Of a DNA stretch of 37,234 nt, positions 8,394-18,567 are shown piece after piece. The notes under the pieces are model-generated. The model ran no database searches. It was not told where the DNA came from and saw nothing but the letters and a program-made list of their open reading frames with translations. How positions within the stretch are numbered: the stretch's first letter is position 1; each line of letters begins with the position of its first letter. The translations under genes were made by a program, and so were the position numbers. This stretch comes from a virus (Duplodnaviria; Caudoviricetes): IMG/VR virus record IMGVR_UViG_3300042262_000164, positions 1 through 37,234 of that record. The stretch is one strand, 5' to 3'.

Positions 8394-11300
8394 TCAGAAG
8401 ATCAGGGTTTCTCGAGTGGGGGCGCCGCGCCCGGCGACGGGCGCGATTTCGAAGATGGCGACATTGAGCCGATCGCCGGGCCCAAGCGGCGCGCCCCAGT
8501 CCGCGATCTGGTCGGCGCCGGTGTAGGTGACGCGGGTCGTTGTGGCGGAGAGAGTCCGCCGCACGGCGGCGCCGTCAAAGATATCGACCTCGTAGGCCTC
8601 GGCCTCCTCGCCGAGCGGGACCTCGCCCCGGCCCCAGACATCGGCGGCGGGATCGCGCGACCGCCGGATCCAGTCGATGACGAGGTCGCCGACCGCGCGG
8701 CCGCGCCGCCAGGGCTGCGCCACATGAACCCCGGCGAAGGGCTCCGCGCCCACGCCATTCGGCGTGAATGCGACCTGGGCGTAGGAGGCATGGCCGACGC
8801 CCTTGCTGACTGGGCCAACGCGCCAGAAGGCGGGAGCGCCGACCGCCTCGGCTGCGATCGGCAGCGCGGTCAGCGCCGCGTCGAGCACGACGACCCGGGC
8901 ACCGGAGGCGACCACAGAGGCCATCGCTCCCTCGGTGCCGCGCTGGCCGCGCAGCAGCCGGGTCAGCCGGTAGCGACCCGCTGCGATCAGATCCACGGTG
9001 CCCGCCTGGACGATCTCCCAGGCGCCGGGCGCGGTCTCGAGCGCGAGCGCGTTGCCACCGGCGAAGAGCGCGGTGTCGGTGATGCTGGTAAGCTCCCCCC
9101 AGCCGAGGTCCAGATACAGCGCGTTGGCGCGGTCGAACCGGTGCACCGGGCCGCCATGGAGGTCGAAGGCCAGCGTGCCGATCCGGGCCCTGCGGCCGAG
9201 CGTCGTCAGCAGCTCGAATCCCTCGTTGGGATCCTCGCTCCGATAGACCGCGAGTCGCCCCGGCCAGGGATCGGAACCCGCCGCGAGCAGCGGACGGTAG
9301 GGTGTGCTCGTCTCTGTGAGCACCGGCAGGTCGAGGAAGACCAGCGTTGGCGCGGGAAACAGCACCGGCCGCGTGAGCTTTGCGCCGCGCGTTGCGAGCG
9401 GCGGCAGATCGTACGCGGCGCGGTCCTGGCGGATTGCCTCGATCCGTCGGGCGGCGCCGTCGGTGATCCGGCTGAGCCGCAGCTCGAGGGCGCGGCCGTC
9501 GTGGTCTAGCGCCACGACATCGGTCGGATCGAGCGCAAGGCGCGAGGGGGGCAGGGTGAAGCTCGCACTCTCGCGACCAGCCCAGGCTTCGGCGAGCGCG
9601 CGGCGGCAGCGACGATCGGCCTCCTCGGGGGAGACCACGATCGGAAACGTCTCGCTGGCGATCCGCGCCGAGTCGACGGTGGCGCGGCGCGCCTCGACCA
9701 CCACGGCGTCGTATTCCTCGTCGTCGCGGGCGAGCTGCCACTTCAAGGCTTGCGAGAGCTCGCTCTCCTGGCCGCGCACCAGCTCGAGCACCTCGGCGGT
9801 CTCGCCGGCGCGGACCAGCTCGTCCGGGGTGATGCGGAGCGCCGGCGCTTGCCCGCGCGAGACGAAACGGAGCACGCCTTCGGACTCGCAGGCGTCGAAT
9901 CCGAAATGCCGCGCCAGCATCGCGATCGAGGTTCGCGGCGACTCGATGCCGGTGATGACGTAGCCGCGCGCGGCGCCTTTGAGATCGGTGACGTCGAGTC
10001 GCGCGTCGGGCAACCCGGCCTCAACGCAGAGTTTTCGAACCAGCGCGCGCAGCGAGGCAGCGCCTAGGCGCCCGGTCAGCCAATGGCCGAGCCGCCAGTT
10101 GCCGCCATCGGACCAGACCTCGGTCAGCACTGGGAAATGCGGATACGGGCGCGCGTCCCAGGACCAGACCGCGCTCTCTCCGAGGTCGAGCATGCGGCCG
10201 CCGTAAACCGGCGAAACCGGGTTGCGGTCCGGATCGTCCCAGTACCCAAGCACCGCCTCCAGATAGGCCCGCTGGATCGCATCGTCGCGCCAGCCGCGCG
10301 AGAAATACGGCACGAAGCTCTCGGACGACTTCGGGTCGACGAAGACGTTCGGCTGGTTGGTGCCCCGGTCGATCGCGGGACAACCCAGCTCGGTGAAGCG
10401 GATCGGCTTCGAGCGCGGCAGCCAGGGCGTGGGCGCGCCAGCTTCGACGCCGCCCGGCCGGTCGAAATGCGGGTTCGACCACCAGGCGACCAGATCCTTG
10501 GAGCGAAACACCCAAGGCTTGCCGTGCGCGCCGTCGGTGATCGGCTTCCGGATTTGCGCGGCGCGGTCCGAGGCCGAGGCATAGTACCAGTCGAAACCCT
10601 CGCCGCCGGCGACATTGCTCCGCAGGTAATCGGCGTCGTAGATCGAGCGCGCGCCGGCCTGGGCGTCGAGATGATTGGGACCGTCGCGCCAGTCTGAGAG
10701 CGGCATGTAGTTGTCGATGCCAACGAAGGTGATGTTGGGATCCGCCCAGAGCGGATCGAGATGGAAGTGGACGTCGCCCGAGCCGTCGTCGGGGTGGTGT
10801 CCGAAATACTCCGACCAGTCGGCGGCGTAGCTGATCGCGGTGTCCGGCCCGAAAATGCCGCGGGCATCCGCCGCGAGCGCGGACAGCGCGGCCACGGCGG
10901 GATAGGTCGCGTCGTCCGAGCGCAGCGTGGTAATGCCGCGCAGTTCGGAGCCAATCAGGAAGGCATCGACGCCGCCGGCCGCCGCGCAGAGATGCGCATA
11001 GTGCAGGATCATCCGCGCGTAGCCGGCATCGGCGCCGCCGGTCCAGGCGACGCGCTCGCCCATGACGTCGAAGTCCGACGGCGTTGCCGCGCCGAAGAAG
11101 GCGGCGACTTGGGTCGCGGCCACCGGCGTTTGGTCGACCGACCCAGCGTAGCCTGGTGCCGGCGAGCCGGTGATCCGGCCGCGCCAGGGAAAGGCAGGTT
11201 GGCCGATCGCGGCGGCATGGTCGGAATACGGATCCGGCAGCGTGTTCCCGGCCGGCACGTCCATCAGCACGAACGGATAAAAGGTGACGCGGAAACCCCT

Positions 11301-12341
11301 GCGCCGCAGCTCGCGGATGGTCTGGATCACCGAGGTATCCGAGGGCGTGCCGCCATAGACCGGGTTGTCGTCGACGCGGGAAATCAGCCAGGCCTCGGCG
11401 CGGGACAGGCCGCTCACCTCCCAGCTTACCGGCGCGGTGTCCCGGGTGGATTGCTCGACCCCCGGCAAGATCGCGCAATGGCCAGCGCGGAGATCGGTGC
11501 CGAACCAGCTTACCACCAACGACACGCTCTCGACCTGTGGGGCCAAGGCCTCGAGCTGGTCGAGCGAGATCAGCAGGTCGGCCCGATCCTCGGCGGCGTT
11601 GGCGTTGACGGCGCCGCTCTCCGACCGGACGAGCTGGGTGGCATAGGCGAATTCGCCGGTGGCCGGGATCAGCGTCACTGCCCGGACCATGCCCTCGGCG
11701 GTGTCCGGGTCGGCGATTGGTGCGAAGACCTCGAAAGTGAGCTGCGGCAGCCGGTTGCCGAACTCGCCGAGCGGCAGATCCTCGAACACAGCGTAGGCGG
11801 TGCCGCGATAGGCCGGGGTGGCGTCCGCGCCCATCGCGGCGACGATCGCCGGATCGGGTTCCTGGTCCTCGGAGCCCGGATACCAGCGCCAGGTGAACGC
11901 GGTGGTGTCGAGCGGCGCGCCATCGGCCCAGACCCGGCCGATGCCGGTGATTGGTCCGTCGCATACGGCGATCGCGAAGGACGCCGAATAGGCGTATTCC
12001 GTCGTCGTGACCCGGCCGCCGCCGCCCTTGCCGCCTTGCGTGGCCTCGCGCGTCTCCTCGCAGAAATCCGTCGCCCAGACGATGTTGCCACCGAACCGCG
12101 CGGTGCCGTGGACGCGCGGGATCACCGCGCCCTCGGTCGCCGAGGTGATCCGGGTCGCGTCGAGGCGCGCGCCCTCGTAGCGCTGCCCCGGCTGGAGCGA
12201 TGCGATCACCCAGGAATCGACCAGGCCGCCGAGGGTCGAGCCGATCATGCCGCCGAGGCTCGCGGCCGAAAGCCCGAGCAGCGAGCCGCCGACGGCGCCG
12301 CCAAGCGCGGTGCCGGCGGCGCCGAGAAGAAGTGTCGCCAT
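8394..12341 (-). CDS. GTA-like baseplate multidomain / host-specificity protein (RcGTA g15 megatron-like)
   Basis: 1315 aa; PAYRGTAYAVFEDLPL.EFGNRLPQ, TIM-barrel motifs YAADWSEYFG, GIDNYMPLSDWRDG, NWRLGHWL, LLRGQRGTE. Confidence 0.92.
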   Translation of the reverse strand: MATLLLGAAGTALGGAVGGSLLGLSAASLGGMIGSTLGGLVDSWVIASLQPGQRYEGARLDATRITSATEGAVIPRVHGTARFGGNIVWATDFCEETREATQGGKGGGGRVTTTEYAYSASFAIAVCDGPITGIGRVWADGAPLDTTAFTWRWYPGSEDQEPDPAIVAAMGADATPAYRGTAYAVFEDLPLGEFGNRLPQLTFEVFAPIADPDTAEGMVRAVTLIPATGEFAYATQLVRSESGAVNANAAEDRADLLISLDQLEALAPQVESVSLVVSWFGTDLRAGHCAILPGVEQSTRDTAPVSWEVSGLSRAEAWLISRVDDNPVYGGTPSDTSVIQTIRELRRRGFRVTFYPFVLMDVPAGNTLPDPYSDHAAAIGQPAFPWRGRITGSPAPGYAGSVDQTPVAATQVAAFFGAATPSDFDVMGERVAWTGGADAGYARMILHYAHLCAAAGGVDAFLIGSELRGITTLRSDDATYPAVAALSALAADARGIFGPDTAISYAADWSEYFGHHPDDGSGDVHFHLDPLWADPNITFVGIDNYMPLSDWRDGPNHLDAQAGARSIYDADYLRSNVAGGEGFDWYYASASDRAAQIRKPITDGAHGKPWVFRSKDLVAWWSNPHFDRPGGVEAGAPTPWLPRSKPIRFTELGCPAIDRGTNQPNVFVDPKSSESFVPYFSRGWRDDAIQRAYLEAVLGYWDDPDRNPVSPVYGGRMLDLGESAVWSWDARPYPHFPVLTEVWSDGGNWRLGHWLTGRLGAASLRALVRKLCVEAGLPDARLDVTDLKGAARGYVITGIESPRTSIAMLARHFGFDACESEGVLRFVSRGQAPALRITPDELVRAGETAEVLELVRGQESELSQALKWQLARDDEEYDAVVVEARRATVDSARIASETFPIVVSPEEADRRCRRALAEAWAGRESASFTLPPSRLALDPTDVVALDHDGRALELRLSRITDGAARRIEAIRQDRAAYDLPPLATRGAKLTRPVLFPAPTLVFLDLPVLTETSTPYRPLLAAGSDPWPGRLAVYRSEDPNEGFELLTTLGRRARIGTLAFDLHGGPVHRFDRANALYLDLGWGELTSITDTALFAGGNALALETAPGAWEIVQAGTVDLIAAGRYRLTRLLRGQRGTEGAMASVVASGARVVVLDAALTALPIAAEAVGAPAFWRVGPVSKGVGHASYAQVAFTPNGVGAEPFAGVHVAQPWRRGRAVGDLVIDWIRRSRDPAADVWGRGEVPLGEEAEAYEVDIFDGAAVRRTLSATTTRVTYTGADQIADWGAPLGPGDRLNVAIFEIAPVAGRGAPTRETLIF

Positions 12342-12345
12342 AGGG

Positions 12346-12816
12346 TCAGCCTGTGGATTGGGGATAGAGAAAGGCGAAGGCGAGGCGCCGGCGCCAGGCC
12401 AGCGTCAGAGCCTGCTCGATGACGCCGAGCCGTTCGCAGGCATGGATGAAAGATGTCGCGCTGGTGAGGATCCCGACATGCCGGGCGACGCCGCCCTCGC
12501 GCAGCCGGAACAGCACCACAGCACCTGGCTGGAGCTCGGCCAGCGGGATCTCGAGCATCCGGGCGCGGGCGCCTTCGGCCAGCACCTCGCGCGCGCCAAT
12601 CTCGCCCCAGCCTCGGCCATAGGGCGGCACGTTACCGGGCTCGGGCCCGACCACGGCGCGCCAGACGCCACGCGCGAGGCCGAGGCAATCGCAGCCGACC
12701 CCGCGTACGCTCGCCTGGTCATGATAGGGCGTGCCGAGCCAGGAGCGCGCGGCGGCGACGACCAGTGCGGGATCGGCGGGGATGGCACCATACCCATTCA
12801 CCGATCCGAGTGTCAT
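12346..12816 (-). CDS. NlpC/P60 cell-wall peptidase (RcGTA g14-like)
   Basis: ARSWLGTPYHDQAS..GVGCDCLGL, HVGI, FIHA; ATGA overlap with the upstream gene. Confidence 0.9.
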   Translation of the reverse strand: MTLGSVNGYGAIPADPALVVAAARSWLGTPYHDQASVRGVGCDCLGLARGVWRAVVGPEPGNVPPYGRGWGEIGAREVLAEGARARMLEIPLAELQPGAVVLFRLREGGVARHVGILTSATSFIHACERLGVIEQALTLAWRRRLAFAFLYPQSTG

Positions 12817-13694
12817 AGCGGCTCACCGCTATTGGCGGCGCCCGGCTTCGCATAGCGCAGCACGGTGTCCTGGCCTGGGATATGCGGAAAGCCGCGGAAG
12901 TTCGCGATGTTGGCGAACTTCGAAGCGCAGGTCGCGGCGGTCTTGTCGCAGCCGGCGAAGAGGGTGAAGGCGTCGCCAGCGGCGATCCCGCGTACCGGCG
13001 CCTCGAGCAGCGTCAGCGTGACGACGACATCCTTCGCATGGAGCATCACCTCGGCTACGCGGCCGGCGTTGGCGCCGGCGGTCCAAGTGAGGAGGCCGTT
13101 CGCGAACCAGCCTTCGGCGAAGGCGCCGAGGCCCCCGGTGATGAAGGCGCGATCGCCGAGGGTGTCGATGACCGCGCCGGCGCCGGCGTAGGCGGGCGTC
13201 GCGAGGTCGACGCGACAGCGGTCGTCGCCGAGTGCGCGGTCGCAGGCGTACTGGAACGAGCGGCCGACCGGCTGGTCGAGCAGGTGAGAAAGCGAGCGCA
13301 TCTCGGCGGTGAAGGCGGTCCGGCCCCGGCGGATCTCGCCGATGACGCCGCGCCGCATCAGCACGCGCTCATCCGTATCGCGCCAGTTGACGCGCCAGAC
13401 CTCGACCTCGGCCCCGTCGTAGCACCCGTCGATGATGTCGGTCTCGGTGATGCGGTCGGACGACAGCACGCCTTCGGCATCCTGCGCGTCGACGCCGAGA
13501 TCGGAACCGGCGCGGATCTCCGAGGCGGTGAAGCCGCCGGAGGGTTCGAAGTCGGTGCCGGCGAAGGCGAGCGTGCGGTCGTGGTCGGTGAAGCCGAGGG
13601 AGACGCCGTCGCGCCGGATGAGCTTCCAGCACCAGCAGAGCGTGGTCGCGCCGCTCTCAAGATGCGCGGCGAGGCCGGGCGGGAGCGTCTTCAT
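12813..13694 (-). CDS. DUF2163 baseplate hub protein (RcGTA g13-like)
   Basis: True start MKTLPPGLAAHLESGATTLCWCW at 13694 (ATGA overlap); GFTDHDR, GCDK...C..KFAN..NFRGFPHIPG. Confidence 0.9.
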   Translation of the reverse strand: MKTLPPGLAAHLESGATTLCWCWKLIRRDGVSLGFTDHDRTLAFAGTDFEPSGGFTASEIRAGSDLGVDAQDAEGVLSSDRITETDIIDGCYDGAEVEVWRVNWRDTDERVLMRRGVIGEIRRGRTAFTAEMRSLSHLLDQPVGRSFQYACDRALGDDRCRVDLATPAYAGAGAVIDTLGDRAFITGGLGAFAEGWFANGLLTWTAGANAGRVAEVMLHAKDVVVTLTLLEAPVRGIAAGDAFTLFAGCDKTAATCASKFANIANFRGFPHIPGQDTVLRYAKPGAANSGEPL

Positions 13695-14317
13695 CGCCGC
13701 ACCTCTATGAGCGGGATGGAGCTGATCGAGCCGAGCCGCTCGATATTGAGCGTCACGTCGAGCTGGTCGGTGTCGAACCGGACCGGCACGTCGAACTGGA
13801 AGCCGGCGGTGATCGCGACGCCGGGGGCGGGGGCGGCGTCGAAGGTGACGATGCCGGTCGCGACCTCGAGGCTCCAGCCGGTGAGCTGCTCGACGCCTTC
13901 GACCGCGATCCGCGTCGTGCCCGAGACGGGCTTCTGGATGGTCCGCGTCCAGCTGTGTGGGCCGGAGCGGTAGTATTTGACGAGCTGGAAGGTCGCGATC
14001 GCGCCGTCCCCGAGCCCAAGCGGCTGGTCGGTCGGCTCGGTCACCGCCAGCGGCGCGCCGGATTTGTAGTCGGCCCAGTCCTTGAAGCGGAAGCCGTGCA
14101 GCTGGCCGCCGCGCGCCTCGAAGAAGGCGACGACGCGGGCGAGATCGTCGGCGTCGCGGATGCCGTAGGCGACGTCGTAGACCCGGCGCGAATTCGCCCA
14201 AGGTGAATTGCGCTCCTCGTCGCCCGAGGAGAGCTCGACGATCTCGGTGAGCCGCCTCGGCCCGCCGCGCGCACCCCGGCTGATGTTGTCCGGAAACCGA
14301 ATCTCGTGGAATGCCAT
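13691..14317 (-). CDS. DUF2460 distal tail protein (RcGTA g12-like)
   Basis: MAFHEIRFP...GGP, FFEARGGQLHGFRFKDWADY, FDVPVRFDTD. Confidence 0.92.
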   Translation of the reverse strand: MAFHEIRFPDNISRGARGGPRRLTEIVELSSGDEERNSPWANSRRVYDVAYGIRDADDLARVVAFFEARGGQLHGFRFKDWADYKSGAPLAVTEPTDQPLGLGDGAIATFQLVKYYRSGPHSWTRTIQKPVSGTTRIAVEGVEQLTGWSLEVATGIVTFDAAPAPGVAITAGFQFDVPVRFDTDQLDVTLNIERLGSISSIPLIEVRR

Positions 14318-16395
14318 CAGATGCCCCTTCGTCCCATGGCGATCGCGCGCGAAAGATCCGCGGCGATCTGCGTGCGCGACTGGCGGAAACTCCGCGCGTC
14401 ACGTACGCCGTTGAAGTTGATGACCGTCGGGCCGGTCCCGAAGCGGCCGGCCTCGTAGTCGCTGGTCTCGCGCGGGTTCAGCACCCGCTCGCCGCGTCGC
14501 AGGATCGCCGCGTATTCATCGGCCCGGAGCGCGCCCATGCCGTCGTGCAGCCGAGGCGCGGTGACGAACGCCGCCGCGCTGACCAGGCGCATGGGGCCGG
14601 ACCCAGCTGGCCCGCCCGCGTGTTGCACGAAGGCGGACTGGAGCGCTGTGCCGAAGGATCCGCTGAGCGCGCCTTGAAGCGCGTTGGTGAGCGGCCCCAT
14701 CAGGTAGGCGCGCATACCGATCCGGGCGAAGTCGCCGAGGATCGATGTGGCGAGGCTCGCAATGTCGAGCTTCCCCGTGGTCACGAAATCACCCAGCGCG
14801 TCCTCGGCCGAGCGAAAGGCGCCGACCAGCGCGTCGCCGATCTGGGTTCCGAGATCCGTGGCGTCCTCGGCGGCGTTGGCGAGCGCCGCCTTGATCGCAT
14901 CGAGCAGCCCGAGCGCCTCGTCTTCCTTGGACTCGGCGGACGCCCCTGGCGAACCGCCGGAGCCACCGCCACCGGCGGCACCACCACCGGTGCCCGACGC
15001 GTCCCCGGCCGTGCGGCGCGCGGCGTTCGCCTGCGCACGTTCGGAGATCGCGCCGAAGAGCTCCCCCATCGGGTCGGCGTTCCAGATCTCCGCCGCGCGG
15101 GCGCCGAAGCCGGACCAGTCGCCGCGCGCCCCGGCGAGCGCCGCGCCGCTGGTCCCGGCGGCGTCGCTGCTCCGGGCATTGAGACCCGCCAGCGCGCTGG
15201 TTATGCCCTCGGGCGCGGCGAGATCGGTGCCGAAGACCGCGTTGAGGCCCGAGGCCACGCCACCGAGGAAGCTCTCGACGCCGGACATCATGCCGGCGAG
15301 CGCCCAGAACACGATGCTCCGCGCGCCTTCCCAAGCCGCCTCGAACAGCTTCGGGATCGCCTCGACGGCGGTGCCGATTGCCAGCACCGAGACCCGGATC
15401 GCGTTGATCAGCGTATTACCGAGCCGCGCGACCCCGGCGGTGACCGCGTCCCAGGCCGCCGCGAACCAGGGCGCGATGGCGTCGATCGCGGGCTTTATCC
15501 AGGTGGCGATCCCCTCGGCGGCGAGCTGCCAGACCGCGAGCGCGGTATCGCCAAAGGTGACGGTGGTGCGCGCCGTCTCGTTGATCTCGTGCGTCATGCC
15601 GGCGATCGCGGCGGTGCCGGCGACGATCGCCGCCGTGACCAGCGGGTAGCGCGCGGCCACGCTCCCGACCATCTGGCCGACCTGCTTGAGCGCCGCGCCG
15701 GCGCCGCCTTGGCCATTTCCGTAGATCTGCGCGATCTGCGTGCCCTGCTGGACGAGCACCAGGAACGGGTTCTGGCCCGAGGCGAGCGAGACGCCGACGT
15801 CGTTGATTTGATAGCCGAGCTGGACCATCTGGAACCGCGCGCGCCCGGTGCTCTTCTCGAGGGCCTCGTAGTCTCGACCGCGACCTTTCAGCGCGCCGAT
15901 CTCGGCGAGCGAGGCCTGGCGCAGGCGGGACAGCGCCGCCGAGTACTCCGTGGCCGAGATCGCGCCGGCGGCGTGCGCTTGGCGCAGCTCGCCGAGTTCG
16001 GCGCGATAGGTCGAGATCGCGGCGTAGATCGGATTGTACTTGGCTCGGGTCGCGTCGAGCGCCCGGCCATAGGCTTCGATATCCTCGCGCGAGCGCGCGA
16101 CGCCGCGTGAGACACCGGTCGCGGCGTCGACCCGCGCGAGCACCGACGCGCCGGTGCCGCCGACCGCGCGCAGGCTGTTCGCCGCCTCCGCCGCGCGGGC
16201 CGAAAGCGTCGTCAGCCGCGCCATCAGCGCCTCGGCGGCGGAATCGGTCGCGGCGAGACCGCGGCTCGCCGCCGGCGCGCCACCCTCGATCACCGACAGC
16301 GCGCGCTTGCCCTCGGTGCCGATCGCGCGCAGCTCGGCCTTCAAGCGGTCGCCACCCACGGCGGCGACGCGGAGCGATACCTTGCGCTCAGACAT
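14317..16395 (-). CDS. Tail tape measure protein (about 692 aa)
   Basis: Ala/Gly-rich; QINDVGVSLASGQNPFLVLVQQGTQI lambda-type TMP motif; ATG 16395 preceded by GGAGG. Confidence 0.9.
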   Translation of the reverse strand: MSERKVSLRVAAVGGDRLKAELRAIGTEGKRALSVIEGGAPAASRGLAATDSAAEALMARLTTLSARAAEAANSLRAVGGTGASVLARVDAATGVSRGVARSREDIEAYGRALDATRAKYNPIYAAISTYRAELGELRQAHAAGAISATEYSAALSRLRQASLAEIGALKGRGRDYEALEKSTGRARFQMVQLGYQINDVGVSLASGQNPFLVLVQQGTQIAQIYGNGQGGAGAALKQVGQMVGSVAARYPLVTAAIVAGTAAIAGMTHEINETARTTVTFGDTALAVWQLAAEGIATWIKPAIDAIAPWFAAAWDAVTAGVARLGNTLINAIRVSVLAIGTAVEAIPKLFEAAWEGARSIVFWALAGMMSGVESFLGGVASGLNAVFGTDLAAPEGITSALAGLNARSSDAAGTSGAALAGARGDWSGFGARAAEIWNADPMGELFGAISERAQANAARRTAGDASGTGGGAAGGGGSGGSPGASAESKEDEALGLLDAIKAALANAAEDATDLGTQIGDALVGAFRSAEDALGDFVTTGKLDIASLATSILGDFARIGMRAYLMGPLTNALQGALSGSFGTALQSAFVQHAGGPAGSGPMRLVSAAAFVTAPRLHDGMGALRADEYAAILRRGERVLNPRETSDYEAGRFGTGPTVINFNGVRDARSFRQSRTQIAADLSRAIAMGRRGI

Positions 16396-16412
16396 GACGC
16401 CTCCAATCGCAC

Positions 16413-16738
16413 TCACTCATGGCGGCGCGCCTCCAGCTGTTCGTTGATGCGTCGGATCGCGACCGCCTCGATCGCGGGGATCAGTTCGGCGACGACGAAG
16501 CTGTTCAGGCCGCGCGCCCGGGCGAGGGCGAGCGCGGCGCCGAGGTCCCAGCCGAGCACGGAGCCGAAGCCGCCGCGCAGCTGGCCGGTCATCGCGCAGG
16601 CGAGATCCCAAGCCTCGGCGCCGTCTAGCGTTCGGGGCTGGTGGATTCGCGCGGGGCACGCTTCGCAGGGCCCCGGGCAGGCCGCGCAATAGTCCGCGCC
16701 GCCGCCGAAGTGCCAGTCGGCGAGGGCGCGGAGGCGTT
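16413..16738 (-). CDS. Tail assembly chaperone T segment reached by -1 frameshift
   Basis: Open -1 frame RLRALADWHFGGGADYCAACPGPCEACP...GWDLGAALALA...INEQLEARRHE* from the slippery site to TGA at 16413. Confidence 0.8.
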
Positions 16739-17089
16739 TTTTTCGTCTGCCAGCAGCAGGCCGGCGGCGACATGTTCGAGCTGGAAGGCCTGGAACACCG
16801 GGAAGACCTCGAGCGCGGCGGCGATCGTCTCCGGCGTGACCAGAGCCGGCGCGCCAGCTTCGTCGGCGACACCCTCCCAGTCGAGGATGGTGAGCGCGCC
16901 GATCTCCTTCGCCATCGTGAGCGAGACCTCGGTCTCGGACGGCGCGCCGCCGTCGGCGTAGAGCCCGCGCACCGCCTCGGAGTCGCGCGCGAGCCCCATC
17001 ACAGTCGAGGAGCAGGGCGCGACGCGGAAGCGCACGCCGGGCACGATGTCGAGCCAGCGTGGCGCGGCCTTCAGGTTCAATCGCAGCAT
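16625..17089 (-). CDS. Tail assembly chaperone G
   Basis: Lies between tail tube and TMP; ILDWEGV motif; contains in-frame GAA AAA AAC. Confidence 0.8.
   Translation of the reverse strand: MLRLNLKAAPRWLDIVPGVRFRVAPCSSTVMGLARDSEAVRGLYADGGAPSETEVSLTMAKEIGALTILDWEGVADEAGAPALVTPETIAAALEVFPVFQAFQLEHVAAGLLLADEKNASAPSPTGTSAAARTIARPARGPAKRAPRESTSPER
16736..16744 (-). other. Programmed -1 ribosomal frameshift site (A AAA AAC)
   Basis: Plus strand gtttttttc = minus GAA AAA AAC in the G frame; X XXY YYZ pattern at the canonical G/T position. Confidence 0.82.
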
Positions 17090-17103
17090 CAGGGATCTCC
17101 AGA

Positions 17104-18072
17104 TTAGGGGATGGCGTAGGAGGCGAGGTCGTTGACGAGGGTCACGGTGGCCATCCGCGCGGGTGCCTCCGGCATGACCGCTGCGGCGCTGGCGGCCTGC
17201 CAGGCGAAAGAGGCCTGGACGCCGGCCGGGCCTTCAAGCGACACCTTCGGCTTCGGCAGGTAGACCGCGTGCGCGACGAGCGAGAACCGCGGACCGGCGT
17301 CGAGCGCGTAGGAGAATTCGAGCTCGCAGGGCTCGCCTGCGACCGCCTGGTCGATCAGGGTGGTGTCGGCGAAGCGGACGTTGATCGTGCCGCTCAGGGC
17401 CGCGACCGAGGGGTCAGCGCCGTCGATCTTGCCATCGTCGCGAATGGTCTCGATGCGGTCGAGGTTGTTGGCATAGGTGACCTCGGCCGAGGTGATGTTG
17501 CCGAGCCGCGTCCCGTTGCGCCGCACCGCGCCGTTGAAGGCGCCGAAGCGCCGGAGCGCCATCTCCGCCGGTGCTCCGACTGCGCTGACGGACGCCGTGG
17601 TCTCGCCCTGGGCGATCACGTTGACCGTCGCGGTGATCAGCCCGGAGCGGTTCATCGTCCAGGCGATCGAGTTGGCGACGCAGCCGGTGTTGAGCCCGTA
17701 CCAGGGCAAGTCGGGCATGCCGATCTCGGCCGAGAAGCTCGGCAGCGTCCAGGCGCCAGAGCGGAACTCGTGGCTGAAATCATCGCCGACCGCCGTGGTG
17801 ACCGGAGGGCCGAACAGCGCGGTCAGCCAGATGCCGAGAAAGCGCGCGTCGATCGGCACCACGATGTCGCCCTCGGCAGTGACCGCGTCCCGGACGGGGG
17901 CAAGCGGGTCGCGGCCGTAGCCGAGCAGGTCGGAAGCGATGAGCGGTTGTTCGGCACCGAGACCGGAGCCGACGAAGGGCATGCGCCAGAATTGCCCGGG
18001 GGCCGGCGGGACGCCGTAGACGGGCTCGAAGCCGAGCGCCATCCGCGCCCGCGCGCCTTGTGCGCGTGCCAT
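17104..18072 (-). CDS. Phage tail tube protein
   Basis: MARAQGARA.MALGFE..YG..P, LLGYGRDP; position after the terminator-like gene. Confidence 0.85.
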   Translation of the reverse strand: MARAQGARARMALGFEPVYGVPPAPGQFWRMPFVGSGLGAEQPLIASDLLGYGRDPLAPVRDAVTAEGDIVVPIDARFLGIWLTALFGPPVTTAVGDDFSHEFRSGAWTLPSFSAEIGMPDLPWYGLNTGCVANSIAWTMNRSGLITATVNVIAQGETTASVSAVGAPAEMALRRFGAFNGAVRRNGTRLGNITSAEVTYANNLDRIETIRDDGKIDGADPSVAALSGTINVRFADTTLIDQAVAGEPCELEFSYALDAGPRFSLVAHAVYLPKPKVSLEGPAGVQASFAWQAASAAAVMPEAPARMATVTLVNDLASYAIP

Positions 18073-18129
18073 GGGAGACTCCTTGTTGAGTTGAGGGATT
18101 GGGCCCAGTCAAAGAACGCGAAGCGGGAG

Positions 18130-18567
18130 CTACGCGAGCGGGTCAGGCGCGTCGTAGGCGAGCAGGATCGGGATGACCCCGGCCTTCACGCCCGGGATGC
18201 CCTCGGCGGAAAGCTCGACTGGAGCCGGGCTTTCGCCGAGCACATGATCGACCGCGCCGCCGAGCGTGCGGTCCTGCGCGAGCGCCGCGCCGACGGCGAG
18301 CTTGATCGCATCGAAGCGCGCGTCGCGGAGTTCGGCGGTGGCGAGATCGACGTAGACCTCGGCCTCGGCGCGATGCTCGTAAGCCCAGGTCGCGGGCGAA
18401 TGCAGGAACTCGGGCTCGCCCGGCTCGCCGTCGCGCAGGATCAGGAGGCCACCCGCCGGGATCTCGAGCGGCACCGCCTCGTTGCGGACGACCGCGACGC
18501 CCGGGAGATGCGCCGCGAGCGTGGCGAACAGAGCGCGCAGCGCCTGCTCGGATCGGCTCTCCGGCAT
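18130..18567 (-). CDS. Putative tail terminator/completion protein
   Basis: Start ATG 18567 (TGATG overlap); LILRDGEPGEP, YEHRAE, DRTLGG; synteny. Confidence 0.7.
   Translation of the reverse strand: MPESRSEQALRALFATLAAHLPGVAVVRNEAVPLEIPAGGLLILRDGEPGEPEFLHSPATWAYEHRAEAEVYVDLATAELRDARFDAIKLAVGAALAQDRTLGGAVDHVLGESPAPVELSAEGIPGVKAGVIPILLAYDAPDPLA

Noticed and set aside
13695-14402. Upstream extension of the DUF2163 ORF (529 aa version)
   Set aside because: Overlaps the whole DUF2460 gene out of frame; the ATGA-coupled start is 13694
7647-16395. Gene transfer agent cluster
   Set aside because: Only the tail tip is GTA-like; lambda-type head, cos-like site and replication genes indicate a prophage
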